From: Octopus bimaculoides
Taxonomy: Eukaryota
Direction of reading: 5' to 3'
Assembly: GCF_001194135.2 (NCBI RefSeq)
Contig: NC_068981.1
Location: 172,595,058 to 172,659,057, forward strand
Length of the DNA: 64,000 nucleotides
Both the position numbers and the translations under genes were made by a program. The notes under the pieces were generated by a model that saw only the letters and a list, made by a program, of their open reading frames with translations, did no database searches and was not told where the DNA came from. Positions 52,409-64,000 of the stretch are shown here, one piece after another (position 1 is the first letter of the stretch; each line of letters opens with the position of its first letter).

Positions 52409-53109
52409 GATAGGCCTCTTTCAGTTTCCAACTACCAAATTTATACACAAGGCATTTGTCAGTCCTGGACTATAGTAGATAACACTTGTGCAAGGTGCCA
52501 CACAGTATGACTGGACATGAAATTATATAGTTGGGAAGCAAACTCCTTACCACACAGCCACACCTATGCCTCTTATGTGTGTGTGTAAGCTTCCTTACCA
52601 GTCTCTAATAGCTTGTACCAAACTTCCACTAATTGTTTTTTAGGCACCCATCTAGTTGTGGCCCTTCACTTTTGACCCAGAGGGGCTTTAGAGACGGGTG
52701 AAGGATTGTGTCAATAAAGTAAAGGCAAGGAAAGAGATTAGTGATTAATAGTAGAGGTAGATAAAGGGAAGCATACATGATGGGTGACAACAAAAATGAC
52801 CCTGGGATGAAGTAATTACTGGCAGTACAGAAAGGTTGAAGGTAAAGTATATTGGTTGCAAACAAGTCTGATGCAGTCTTTTATAGATAAATCTGGTGAG
52901 AAGTGAGAGAGAGGTAATGATGAAGATGATGGTAAGGGATTAATGTGGTTAGGTCTCAAAATGTTATGCAAACAGCATGGATATGGAGAGATGAGATGTG
53001 GAGCAATGAGTGTTAGAGAGATGATGTGCTAGTGAGACGTGAATGGAGGTGACTGAGAGAGGGGCAGGAGTAGGGGGAGTAGATGTATAGTTGACAGGAT
53101 ACTCGCAAA

Positions 53110-53141
<32 letters not shown>

Positions 53142-54482
53142 TTGATCCTAGCTTCAATTATTGCCCCATTTTTCATGTATGTTTCACCCTGCTTGCATGA
53201 GTGGTCAGGTTTTCTCCAGCATTGCGCAACCACCAATTAACATAGTCCTTTGTCATCTCATATATAATCACACACGTCTGTGTGTGTGTGTGTGAGACAC
53301 AGCATCTTTAGATTTGTCTTCACCATTTCATTTTAAGTTTTCTTTAGTCTCTTCCTTCCACAAGTTCCATTCACTTTGAGTGATTTAAACTTCTGTCATA
53401 ATCCATGTACATCACATACTTATATGTAATGTGCAAGAGATACAACACAGTCTCTTTCACATTACATGTGATTTCTCTTATGCCCAGTTGCTTTGAATCT
53501 GTTTGTACTCAATGCACTCTGCCTGTCACCACTCCCTCCCTCCATGCTACTTGTTATTGACACTTTCAGCATTGTATACTTCCATTATTATCCATCACCT
53601 TCTCTCCACCTTTTGCTCCAATTATCCTGTTTCTATCATCATACTTTGGTTCCTTTGACCCACTCACTTTGGTTCTTCTATTCAATATCTTGGTCTTGTT
53701 TCTTTGAGCAAAAGACATCTTCAAGTAGTTAAGTCTCTTCACAGAGTATAAGGCAACCCTACTTGTGCTGGTGCCTGTACACCGTAAATGTTAACCTGAG
53801 ATCAAAGAGACCCCTATTGTCACATTGAGGACATGGCAATATCTCTCAAGTGTTGGTGCTATAATAAAATGCACCTAGTTCATTCTCTAAAGTGTGGTAT
53901 TAAGAAGTGCATCCAGCCATAGAAACCAAGTGAAACATGAAATGTATGATCAACATGTAGTCCTCTATCTTGCCTTAGAGGCCAGTAAGAATTGTCTGGA
54001 TTGTGACAATGTGTCTAACCTATACCAGCATAGAAAGTGGCTATAAAATTATATATATATACACTCAACACATGTGAAAGAGAAAGTGTGTGTAAATCAG
54101 CTGGCTGATTAACTAAGATTTAGTCATCAATATATCGCAACTGTTAACTACAGACTGTTTTTTTTTTTCTCTGCTTCATTTACCACTGCTACAATGACCT
54201 ATACTCCTTTCACCCCAATTGGGTGCAGGCTACCTGTCACGTGTCTCCCCTTGCCATTCATACTGTGTTTTACCTCTTAAAACTAAGCACTTTTGTGAAT
54301 CATTTACCAAATCACTACTATAGCACTTTGGAACTTCCTGCACACCCACATTTTTTCTATGGTTGCCAATCTACAGAAATTCGAATTGAACATCAACCAC
54401 ATTAATCTCACCAATTTTAGTGGAACTGCAAAGATCATGAGCATTGCTTCTCCACTTTCAATTAAGTTATGTTAAATAGATA

Positions 54483-54486
<4 letters not shown>

Positions 54487-54540
<54 letters not shown>
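54487..54540. repeat. (TA)n/(GTAT)n microsatellite
   Basis: Direct reading. Confidence 0.95.
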
Positions 54541-56188
54541 AATCAATTTATCAAGACTACATAATGATTTTAACAGATCTATGTATAACAACTTTCATTG
54601 TGTCAAAATTAATTTAGTCTTCTATTTAAACCTGTAAGTTAACTCACATTTGTCAAGAACATGGATTTTTTCTTAACATTTCTATTAAACAATCATTCTT
54701 ATCTGTATTATTTTATTGACCAACAGTCAAAGGCATTTCAGCTATTATCATCCCATCTTTTATTTACATATAGTCTGTTTAGAACTGCATACTTCCATAT
54801 TACCTTCCATTTTTCAAGATTGTCAAGTGTGATTTGAGGAGAATTTAACTACTGTTGTATATAGGTTGAAATGCCACCTAAAGGCTCCTTCATCATTTCA
54901 GTGTTATCAGCTGTTAAATACACTGTGATTCTACTTTCAATATTATCGCCACTTCCTCGGAATTTCCTGAATGTGATAATTATTAACATTAAAAATGAAC
55001 ACTTACCATTATTGAATAATTCTCTTCTTGACTTGAAAGATTCTGTTGAGAAAATAAACAGTAATTTCACTTGTTACTGATTTGCATATTTCTCCTACTG
55101 ATCTACTTAACATATAAACATTTTTCTGTACTTTATACATTAAATAAAAACTGCCCTTATTAAAACTTTACTTTGGTGGTTTGATTTTTATTAGTTTGTG
55201 TATATTCCACACACACATACATAAACAACTTGTGAAGATAAAGGTTGTCATTGTTTAGCCTCAGGGCAGCCTTGGGAAACTGACTTATGAGCAAAGCCAT
55301 TCCTACAGTGACCCTCCTATCATTTTCTTATATGAAGAGAACCCAGGACCACACAATTCAGTTTGAGGGAGATTTGACTGCTATTTCTAGTAGGCTAAGC
55401 AACCATCTAGAGGCTCTCATAGTTTCCTCTGGTCCTTCTGGCAGTGAGCATTAATTCAAATGATGATTTTATGATAGGAATTCAAATTTTTTTAATAAAA
55501 TAAAATAACTGAGAAAATTTCAATTTGGTGATGGTCATTATGAAATATATATAAAACAAAAATAAGTAGATGTAATAGGTTATGGTAAATAATATTTTCT
55601 CCGGTCTATTTCTAATAGTAATTGTAGTTTGGAAGCCTTATTCATCATACAGGCTGTATATTTTCTTTTTGTAAACAGTTAATGAAGCAAATGGAAAGAA
55701 TGGAGAAATTAAAAAGAAGAAAATGACACTTCTATTGGATAATGTTGTCATTCACAGATTCTTATTGAGTGAGATATATTTTTGTAAAGTTTACTTTTAC
55801 TAACTTGAAATTATGCAATGGTTTGAAGGAAGTAAGTCACTGTATATGAAGACACTGCAATTGGAATTAAGGAAATCCTTCTTCAATATTGATGTTTCTT
55901 TATTCTGTTTTACCATAAAGAAATATCATAAGTATTGAGCAACTAAAATTTTTTAAAAAACAGCATCAATTCTGAGCATTGATCTCACCTTGTGAACTAC
56001 ATTTGGTGTTAATTCGAGGAACACAATCAAATCTTAAAACTAAATGGGTATTAAATTTCTTAATGTAATTTCATTTTGTATGCATGCATGAACACACATA
56101 CATGAACACTCAGACAATTAGTAGAACACCCAGCTTAAAGCATATATCTTTGTTCCATTCCATTGAAGATCAGTTCAGTTTCACTTTA

Positions 56189-56510
56189 GCTGGGTGTAAT
56201 GGCTAAGCAGAATCAATAGTGTGTCAGACAATATGCCCTGCAATAATTGTTCCAGCTCTTTATTTTCAGAGTTCAAATCCTACCAAGGTCAATTTTGCAT
56301 TTCATGTTTCCAGGATCAGTAAAATAAAGTACCAGTCAAATACGGGAGTTGATAAAATACCAATTGAGTATAGGAATCAACAAAATAAAGTACCAGTCAA
56401 TTACTGAGGTTAATATAAAAAAAAGTACCAGTTACGTATTGGAGTTGATTTAATTAGCTTACCCATTCCCCCAAAATTTCTGGTCTTGTACCTATGTAAG
56501 AAACAGTTAT
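56189..56510 (+). mobile_element. SINE family B with tandemly amplified central core
   Basis: Head gctgggtgtaatggctaagc...gagttcaaatcctaccaaggtcaattttgcatttcat, then up to four aagtaccag units, then tail ccccaaaatttctggtcttgtacctatgtaagaaac. Confidence 0.75.
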
Positions 56511-56524
56511 TATTAAATAACTCT

Positions 56525-56738
56525 CTTTTTACTTGTTTCAGTCATTTGACTCCGGCCATGCTAGAGCACCGCCTTTAGTCGAATCAAATTGACCCCAGGA
56601 CTTATTCTTTGTAAGCCAAGTACTTATTCTATCGGTCTCTTTTGCCGAACCGTTAAGTTACAGGGACGTAAACACACCCAACATCAGTTGTCAAGTGATG
56701 TTGGGGGGACAAACATAGACACACAAACATATACGCAC

Positions 56739-56778
<40 letters not shown>

Positions 56779-57110
56779 NNNNNNNNNNNNNNNNNNNNNN
56801 NNNNNNNNNNNNNNNNNNNNNNNNNNNNNNNNNNNNNNNNNNNNNNNNNNNNNNNNNNNNNNNNNNNNNNNNNNNNNNNNNNNNNNNNNNNNNNNNNNNN
56901 NNNNNNNNNNNNNNNNNNNNNNNNNNATATATATATATATATATATACGACAGGCTTCTTTCAGTTTTCGTCTACCAAATCCACTCACAAGGCTTTGGTC
57001 GGCCCGAGGCTATAGTAGAAGACACTTGCCCAAGGTGCCATGCAGTGGGACTGAACCCAAGACCATGTGGTTGGTAAGCAAGCTACTTACCACACAGCCA
57101 CTCCTGCGCC
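56525..57110 (-). mobile_element. SINE family A, full length and young (gap in central microsatellite)
   Basis: Reverse complement of the complete family A sequence, with many CpGs retained. Confidence 0.93.
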
Positions 57111-58622
57111 TAAGTGTAAATTTGAAATAAAAGTAGAACTTGTGTTTTACTTTGATTAGTTTTTTTAACTTATGATTAATGTCAGTATATTACACTTTTG
57201 TTTAAGCTTTCACTAAAATTATGATACAGGCTTTCACCTCAATAGTTTTCCCAACAATCTGAGTTTAGGCTGAAACTTCTTGTTAACTGCCTAGATTCTT
57301 GCAGCTGCTACCATTATTTTTTAGTATGTATGTGTATTGTACAATGTACTATCATTGAATTGTTAGACTAACCTGTTGAAATAGGCAGTTATACAGCATT
57401 TAAGATATGGTTGATTAAGTTTTTATTAGTATAAACTATTATCATGTCAGAACATTTTTTTAAAAACTTATTCTATATAATTTCATGCACATATATATAT
57501 ATATATATATACTAATAAGAAAATATTTGTTAATAAGTATACACTCAAAATACTTAGTTGAATAGAAAAAAATCTCTCTCATATAGAAAGAAAAGGAAGT
57601 AGTCTATACAATATTTCACCTTAAGATCTTACCTTTTGTGCTGGCTTTCAAAACAACTACTTGTTGCATAACTGATAGTTCTCAAACTTTTCTCTCTTTA
57701 CTTTCACATTTGACTGCAAAGTGTGTATTATTAGTAAATTTCTCTAGCCTAGTTTGTGAGTAATTTATTGACTTGCACACATACTTTGCACATACTTTGG
57801 TGGTTGCTTATGTCTTGTATTACTTTCTTATTCTACTAGTACTACTTGGAATAGAATCTGAATCTATATTTAAGAAACTCAAGAACTATACAAACAAGAG
57901 ATTACTGTCTTTATTTTATTTCAAACAAAGATGGTCATTATAGCTTTATTTAGTTTAGTCTAAGTTTCTCAGATCTTAACCTTCCTCTAACCCATCTTTC
58001 TTCTTTCTCTTATATAGACAAAATCTTTTCTGTTCACTGCCTGCTGCCCATCATTTTGCTGGCTACTAAACTAAATTAGAATTGCTATAGCAGAGTTTAA
58101 GTACTGGTATTGGCATTAGCTTTTCTTGTAGCTATGTTGGTCTATGGGTTATTGTTGTTTATCATGTTTGTTAGTAACTGTGTGAAGATTCTCCTCCTTC
58201 TTGTAATACTAAGTTTGCTTTTTTTTAATTTTTTAGAATTTTTTTCATGTGAAATATATTCTCTTTTACCTTATTTAAAAGAAAATGGTAGTTTGGTGAA
58301 CACTAAAACTATTCAAATACATTATTTTGTATTATAATAAAATTATTTTTTATTTTAACAACTTACTTCTGTTTTAGTTCATTTTTTATAAAATAACATT
58401 TATAGTGTATAAATACTGATTTACTTTTAGTAAAAGTTTTTTTGTTTGCATCTGATAATCTTCAATTTATACAATGGGTTGATGTCGGGAAAAAATTCAA
58501 TCTGTTCAAGTATATTTCATTATAAGCAGCCTGAATGAACCTCTGCTTTATTAAACAAAGGCCCTTAAAAAGTTATTTGAAAATATTGAAACGAGTTTTA
58601 CATTTTGATTGTTTTATTCTTG

Positions 58623-58824
58623 TGTTATATCCTTATTTTGTTGGATTATTATAACAACCACTTCAGTATACAGTATACTTAGTAAAACCAGTAAAGACAC
58701 AACTATCACTGACCACCTACTATGTACTCAGGTATTTCATGTACTTCTCTTTACTTTTAGTGACTAGGTTATTCCATTCATTACATAGGGCAGGGTGTAC
58801 CATTATTACTAATTCCTTGCAACA
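58623..58824 (-). repeat. 3' LTR (TG...CA)
   Basis: tgttatatcc...ttgcaaca; about 85-88% identical to 61223-61416 by eye; the polypurine tract GAAGGGGAGA (minus strand, 58825-58834) abuts it. Confidence 0.9.
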
Positions 58825-58955
58825 TCTCCCCTTCTAAGTTTTTCTTAGGAAGTGTCATTTTATTTAGCAATAATTTTTTTTATTCACTCTACCTCACTTT
58901 TTTGAGTTTTTTTTTCTTCATACAATTTAATATTTTTTGCACTTGGCATCTATTT

Positions 58956-59800
58956 TCAGAAACTCCGTATGTTTTCTTTTCCTCTCACTTGTATGCTGGG
59001 TTCAATCACCTGCAGTGGCGTTGGTTCATGGAACATATCGTACAACCATTCCATCAGTTCCTCCGACTTCTTTAGTTCTCTTTCCACAAATCTTTTTTCC
59101 AGTTGGTTCCTGTGTCTCTTTTGTATGCCTTTTCTATTTTTAACCCAATACATCATTTTACCTATGTATTTGGTAATTATACCATCTTCCCAACTCTGCT
59201 TTCCATTCTTGTATTCCCTCATAAACACCTTTTCACCAACTTTAAAGAATCTTGCTGTCTTCCCTGGGACCTTTTCTTTTCTTGCCAGGTAGCAATTTAT
59301 CAAAGACTGATATTACTTTCCTTGCAAACATCAGCTCTGCTGGTGAGCTACCTGCTGGTGTATTCAGATTTGGTGTCGAACGGTACACTCTTAAAAATTG
59401 ATGTAGAGCTACCTCATCCGTGACTTCTTTATTCAATTTTCTAAGGTCTCTCTTGAAGGTATTGACAAAGCATTCTGCCTGTGTGTTAGATCTGGGATGG
59501 TATGGCACAGTAGTTATATGTTCTAATGCAAACATTTCACAAATTTTTTTTTAATTCGCTAGACACAAATTGCATTCCATTATCAGACACTTTCTTGTCG
59601 GGGATGCCAAATCTTGCAAACAATTTGTTTAAAAATTTAATAAAATGGAGGAGGTTGGTTTTTTATACTTACAAATTTCAGGCCATTTCAAAAAACTATC
59701 AACTACCACTAAGTAGTAAGAACCATTTAAAGGACCAGTGAGATTGATGTGTAGTCTTCACCATGGAACATCTACTTCTAAACAATGTTTAGTTTTCATT
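58956..59800 (-). pseudogene. Integrase core and C-terminal remnant
   Basis: PWxRLHINLTGPLNGSYYLVVVDS, FARFGIPDKKVSDNG (SDNG at 59576-59587), EHITTVPYHPRSNTQAE, YRSTP and FKVGEKVFMREY; frameshifted, first catalytic D changed to N. Confidence 0.92.
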
Positions 59801-60099
59801 GTGGGCAATTTTTCATTTCATTTTGGCTTACATACAGGTGTTCCACTCTGTTTTACTGCAATTTTTTGTTTCAGCCCCTCAGCCGCATTTGAACCTTCAA
59901 CTGAACTGACTATATTTCCACACAAAGCACTTATGGGCGTATTCCATACTTTGAATAGTTCCATCTACTCTATGCCGAATAAATTAAGTGAAATTTTTAA
60001 CACATATATCTTATCCTTCTTTTGTTTGACTTCGAAATGTTACATTGCATATGAATTCACCAAAAAAATATTATCTTTTTCGGTTTAATTAATTTCAGC

Positions 60100-60191
60100 T
60101 TACCGACATATTTCCAAATTTTTTCATATATAATGGTGATATCACTACCAGTGTCTAACTGCATTTTAATACTTGTATTTCTGATTTTCAC
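60100..60191 (-). pseudogene. Retroviral-type aspartic protease remnant
   Basis: VKIRNTSIKMQLDTGSDITIIYEKIWKYVG, with DTG at 60155-60147. Confidence 0.85.
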
Positions 60192-60249
60192 CTTCATGAA
60201 TTTCCTAATCGTTATATTATCAATTTCTTCCGTTCTAACATTTTGTCAT

Positions 60250-61139
60250 CTTCATTCTACAGTGCATCTTTATATGTCCTATATTTCCAAAATGAAAGCA
60301 CTCTGCTTTTTTTAAATGGACTGTTTTCCCTCAGGTGTATACCTCCACATGCAAAACATGGATTTATTTCCTGATTTTTGTCATGTTTTTTACAAAGCAT
60401 TTTATCTCTATTCTATTTTGCACTTGCTTTATTTGGAAACAATCTTTTCATTCAATTTCTTCTGTATCGTATCTTAATTTGACTACCCTTTCACATTCTT
60501 CTGACACTTGCTGGTTTTTCACATATGTGGCATTAATTCATCCAGCTTAAGCTTCTCGCATTCCAGGTTAACTCTACCAATATATGTGATGTAGTCCTCG
60601 TCATTGTTTTTCTCTATATTCAAACACTTCCATGTGTTTAAAGATTATGTCTAAAGGTTTTCTTGGAAGTACATAATTACTGTATCATTCATGTTCAGTT
60701 GCCACCAGTTTTCTCATAATTAAGCACACTTTCTTCTCGTTGTCCCAATCTTTACATTCTTTATCGAAAATTTGCTCATATCTTCTGTAGTTTGCTTCAA
60801 ATGTAACTCCTTCATCAGGTTTCTATTTGAACTCTGTTATGGAGTTCATGACACTTTTTCTGACTTCCCTGATGACTTCAGTAATCGCAACATTTGTTGT
60901 AATATTATTTGTTGTTGTTGTTGTTGTTGCTTCTGTTGTTGCTCTTGCAGTTGTATCTGCTGCTGTTATTGTTCTTTCAGTTGTTGCTTCAACTGCTGTT
61001 CTTCCAGTTGTAGCTGCTGCTGTTATTGTTCTTTCAGTTGTTGCTTCAACTGCTGTTCTTCCAGTTGTAGCTGCTGTTGTTATTGTTCTTTCAGTTGCTG
61101 TTGTTGCAACTTGAGCAAACTGACCAACAAATTTTTCAT
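60250..61139 (-). pseudogene. Gag remnant (Gln-rich N-terminus, capsid-like region, degenerate CCHC knuckles)
   Basis: MKNLLVSLLKLQQQQ... from ATG 61139; NSITEFK*KPDEGVTFEANYRRYEQIFDKECKDWDNEKKV...LPRKP; CFACGGIHLREN...ECFHFGNIGHIKMHC. Confidence 0.85.
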
Positions 61140-61207
61140 TATTTGATGATTTTTTTTCATAAAATTTGCACAACTCTTCGAGTTTCTATTAACCATGTGA
61201 ATTGGTT

Positions 61208-61221
61208 TATCCTTGTCGCCA
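61208..61221 (-). promoter_or_regulatory. Primer-binding site
   Basis: Minus strand TGGCGACAAGGATA begins one base after the 5' LTR end. Confidence 0.75.
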
Positions 61222-61222
61222 C

Positions 61223-61416
61223 TATTATATCCTTATTTTGTTGGATTATTATAACGCCCACTTCGGTATACAGTATATTTAGTAAAACCAGTAAAGACAC
61301 GACTATCTCTGATTGCCTACTCTGGTACTTCCCGTACTTCCCTTTACTTATAGTGACTATGTTATTTCATTCGTCACATGAGAAGGGTGTACCATTATTA
61401 CTAATTCCCTACAACA
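61223..61416 (-). repeat. 5' LTR
   Basis: tattatatcc...ctacaaca; direct repeat of 58623-58824; followed by the TSD CTTG. Confidence 0.9.
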
Positions 61417-64000
61417 CTTGTCTAACAAAAAGAGAGAGGATGCTTCCCTATTGAATTTAATTGCCAATGTTGCTTTGTCACTCTATTAAGTTCTATTACC
61501 AAGAACCTGGTTTGAAAAGCTTAGTTGATCTTAACAGTATGGTTATAATTGACATTTTAACACTGAATACCTATCTTTTCTAATATTATTGGCAATTCAA
61601 AATTTTTTAGAATTAAATATCAATGAACATTTTCAACTAATGGAAGCACCCTGGTTACATTGAAAATTAAAAAGCAAGATTTCTAAACTATTATAAAAGC
61701 TTATTTATTTTTATTATTTAAATTTAAATTACAACCATATAATAACCAAATACTCTTAAATATAAAATCTTACAAAGAGAAGCATTTTATTTTTTATTAT
61801 TTCCTTTTAGGTAGTCTTAGGCAAAAGTGTTTGTCTGGCATCTATAAGAGCTCAAATTACAAATGAACTAAATAGATTCTGGTTTAGTATTATTATTTAG
61901 TTCTTACATGTCGTGTTGTTTTTAATACTGCTACAATTTGAATTGGTATAAAGAAAGTTTCTCAGATATTAATATCACCCATTTATTTTCGAAATGTAAA
62001 CTCTATCTGGTTAATATAGCCTGTTTCAATAACAAGCACAACGTTATAATACAGTTTTGATTATTGTGCAACTGTATTTAATTCTGGCTCAAGGCAAAGT
62101 TTGGTGAGCGAACTGGGATTGAAAGCATTTTGATATACTATAAACAATTGTGTAAAAGAAAACTTTTACTGTAAAATAAGGTAAAGTTTAAATTAGTTAG
62201 GACATACGACCTGGTTAACTGAAGTTTTGTGATTTTAACCTAGTATGGTCTCATTAGTTTTAGTATAGTGAAATTTATATACCCTCTGGTCAGGTGAGGC
62301 CTACAATAGAATATCTAAGACAGTGCTGCTGCTACACATACAGACATCTTGGAGTCATATTCCCCAAATAAGTCTAGCAGAGTGATTGGTATGAATTCAT
62401 TTGCCAACACATTCCAATTCCTGGCATTCTCTGTCTTTAGTAATACTACTACGGTAGCCTCTGATCCTTGGAGCTGGCTAATTTCATTTCACTTCCACAC
62501 AGACCCTCTTGACTTACTAGTTTCTGTTCCTCTTGTCATCCATATCCCTTCTCCATGCATTCTACTAATCACTATGTCTCCTTCCTCTCTTGAACGTCAG
62601 CTTCTGAAATTCCCTCCATTGTCATGTTTTTCCTGCAGCCATCAGCTTAGAGCTGTTCAGAAGAAGTATTAACTGAATTAGTTTCACTTGTCTTGAAGAG
62701 CCTGTGAACACCTTAAGCACAACCTTTTCCTGCAGACCAAATTATAAAAAAAGAAATGTAAATCTTTCTATCAAATAATCTATTGTGGCAATAAACACAA
62801 GACTATAAAAATCACAGATCAATTAAATGGAAGTAACAGAATTGACATGAGAAGTCTGAAATTTTGATGTCAAAGACATTTTTTTGATGGGAAGTAGAAG
62901 AAATGGATTAATTAGAGGAAGATGGGTTTCAGAGACTGACGGAGAGAAAGGTAGGAAGAAAGTCCCAACTTATTGGTCATTGCACTAGAAAGTAGTACCT
63001 CAAGATAAGCTGTCTTCAGACTGGGGATCTTGTTCAAAGGCTTACAGTAGACTGACCTCTACTCAAGGTACTTAAGGACCAGATGATAATGTTAAACCAT
63101 CCCCATCTAATGAATGTCACTCACAAGGTTTGGGTGACACAGCCTATGATATAAGACATTTGCACAGTCATGTTATAAATATGAGAAAGCAATGCAAGAA
63201 GTATCTGACTAAAAAAAAAAAACAAACACGTTTCTTCTCTCTGTAGCTGAAACAAATAATTTTATAGTTCCTAATGTGCTGAGTAATAAAGTGTAAGTGA
63301 AATGAGTATAGATGAGTGTTGTTGAAATCTATCAAGTCTGGGTAATAATGACAGTAAAGTTAAAATGATATTTGATGTGAAGTTTTGCTTTTGGGTCAAA
63401 TCAAAGTTTTGATATGGATGTCATCATCAAGTAGTGGCAAGATTAAATAAAGATTGAATATCCTTAGAAGCATCTTGACATAGATGACTTGGTTATTTTT
63501 GAAAATACTAAGTGATGTTACCTTACAAGATTAACATCAGCACTAGACAAAGTGTGAAGCTTTTAAAAATTAAATTTGAGTGTTTGGTATCTTTGAAACA
63601 TACTTTTCTTCTTAATCTCTCAGTTTATTTTCTGGTCTTATACTCTTTCTAGATTACATCCCAGAAGTACAAAGTTTGATCTAGTGGCACAGTACAATAT
63701 TCAAAATAGAGTTCGAGTCATTTACTTATAAGTAATCTAGCATCCTAACATTTTAGTCATGGTACTTTTTTACCATTTAACTATTTAATGGTAAGAGCGA
63801 GTTACATCATTTTGTTTTTTTTTTCATGCAACTTACATTCACATATTAATTGTTGAAGCACTTTTTCCACTAGCTGTTCTAATTACATCTTAGCTTTCAG
63901 CCCTGAAGTAGTTTTAAATAGGTACATACAGATACAAGTAATAAAAATTGAATCGCAAAATTATTTAAGTTTCTTTCTCCTTTTCCTCCTCCTCATCATC

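Larger units (their letters stand above)
58623..61416 (-). mobile_element. Ty3/Gypsy LTR retrotransposon (Mag/K02A2.6-like), internally deleted (no RT/RNase H), 2.8 kb
   Basis: Two ~200-bp direct LTRs, CTTG TSD at 58619-22 and 61417-20, PBS and PPT, and gag, protease and integrase remnants in order. Confidence 0.93.

Noticed and set aside
54871-55080. + strand 69-aa ORF as a possible next or terminal exon
   Set aside because: Weak acceptor and AT-rich codons. Splice signals in this segment fit the minus strand better.
56321-56450. Regularly spaced ~30-bp repeats resembling a CRISPR array
   Set aside because: Eukaryotic context, units are the SINE core with related intervening sequence, and there are no cas genes.
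58110-58337. Hydrophobic 75-aa ORF resembling a membrane peptide
   Set aside because: T-rich low-complexity sequence gives Leu/Phe/Val by composition; no splice or homology support.
60772-61454. + strand Cys-rich, Val/Ala-rich and hydrophobic ORFs in the track
   Set aside because: They are antisense shadows of the Gln-rich gag repeat and LTR, not independent genes.

Overview
AT-rich, CpG-depleted eukaryotic DNA with microsatellites and six N-gaps. The repeat families (tRNA-derived SINEs with (TA)/(GT) middles, RTE LINE 3' ends with (GAT)n tails) point to an octopus genome; this is inferred from recalled family motifs, not from a search. Most of the window looks like intronic or intergenic DNA built from mobile elements. 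These include many SINEs and RTE 3' fragments, a mariner relic whose 5' half is replaced by an inverted copy of its own 3' end (17.9-18.7 kb), a non-autonomous Helitron (33.7-34.3 kb), a decayed CR1/L2-type RT (37 kb), and an LTR-to-LTR but RT-less Ty3/Gypsy element with PBS, PPT and 4-bp TSD (58.6-61.4 kb). Only one host coding exon is reasonably supported (48837-49021, +, Lys/Ser/Pro-rich, gene not recognised), and it lies just downstream of a ~2-kb CpG-retaining island. I found no prokaryotic features, CRISPR array, rRNA or true tRNA, and no convincing new multi-gene system. The most unusual signals are structural: all-or-none CpG loss between the two LTRs, the fold-back mariner, a fold-back SINE, a perfect 21-bp hairpin and the CpG island. 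Alignments and counts were done by eye and repeat boundaries are approximate.
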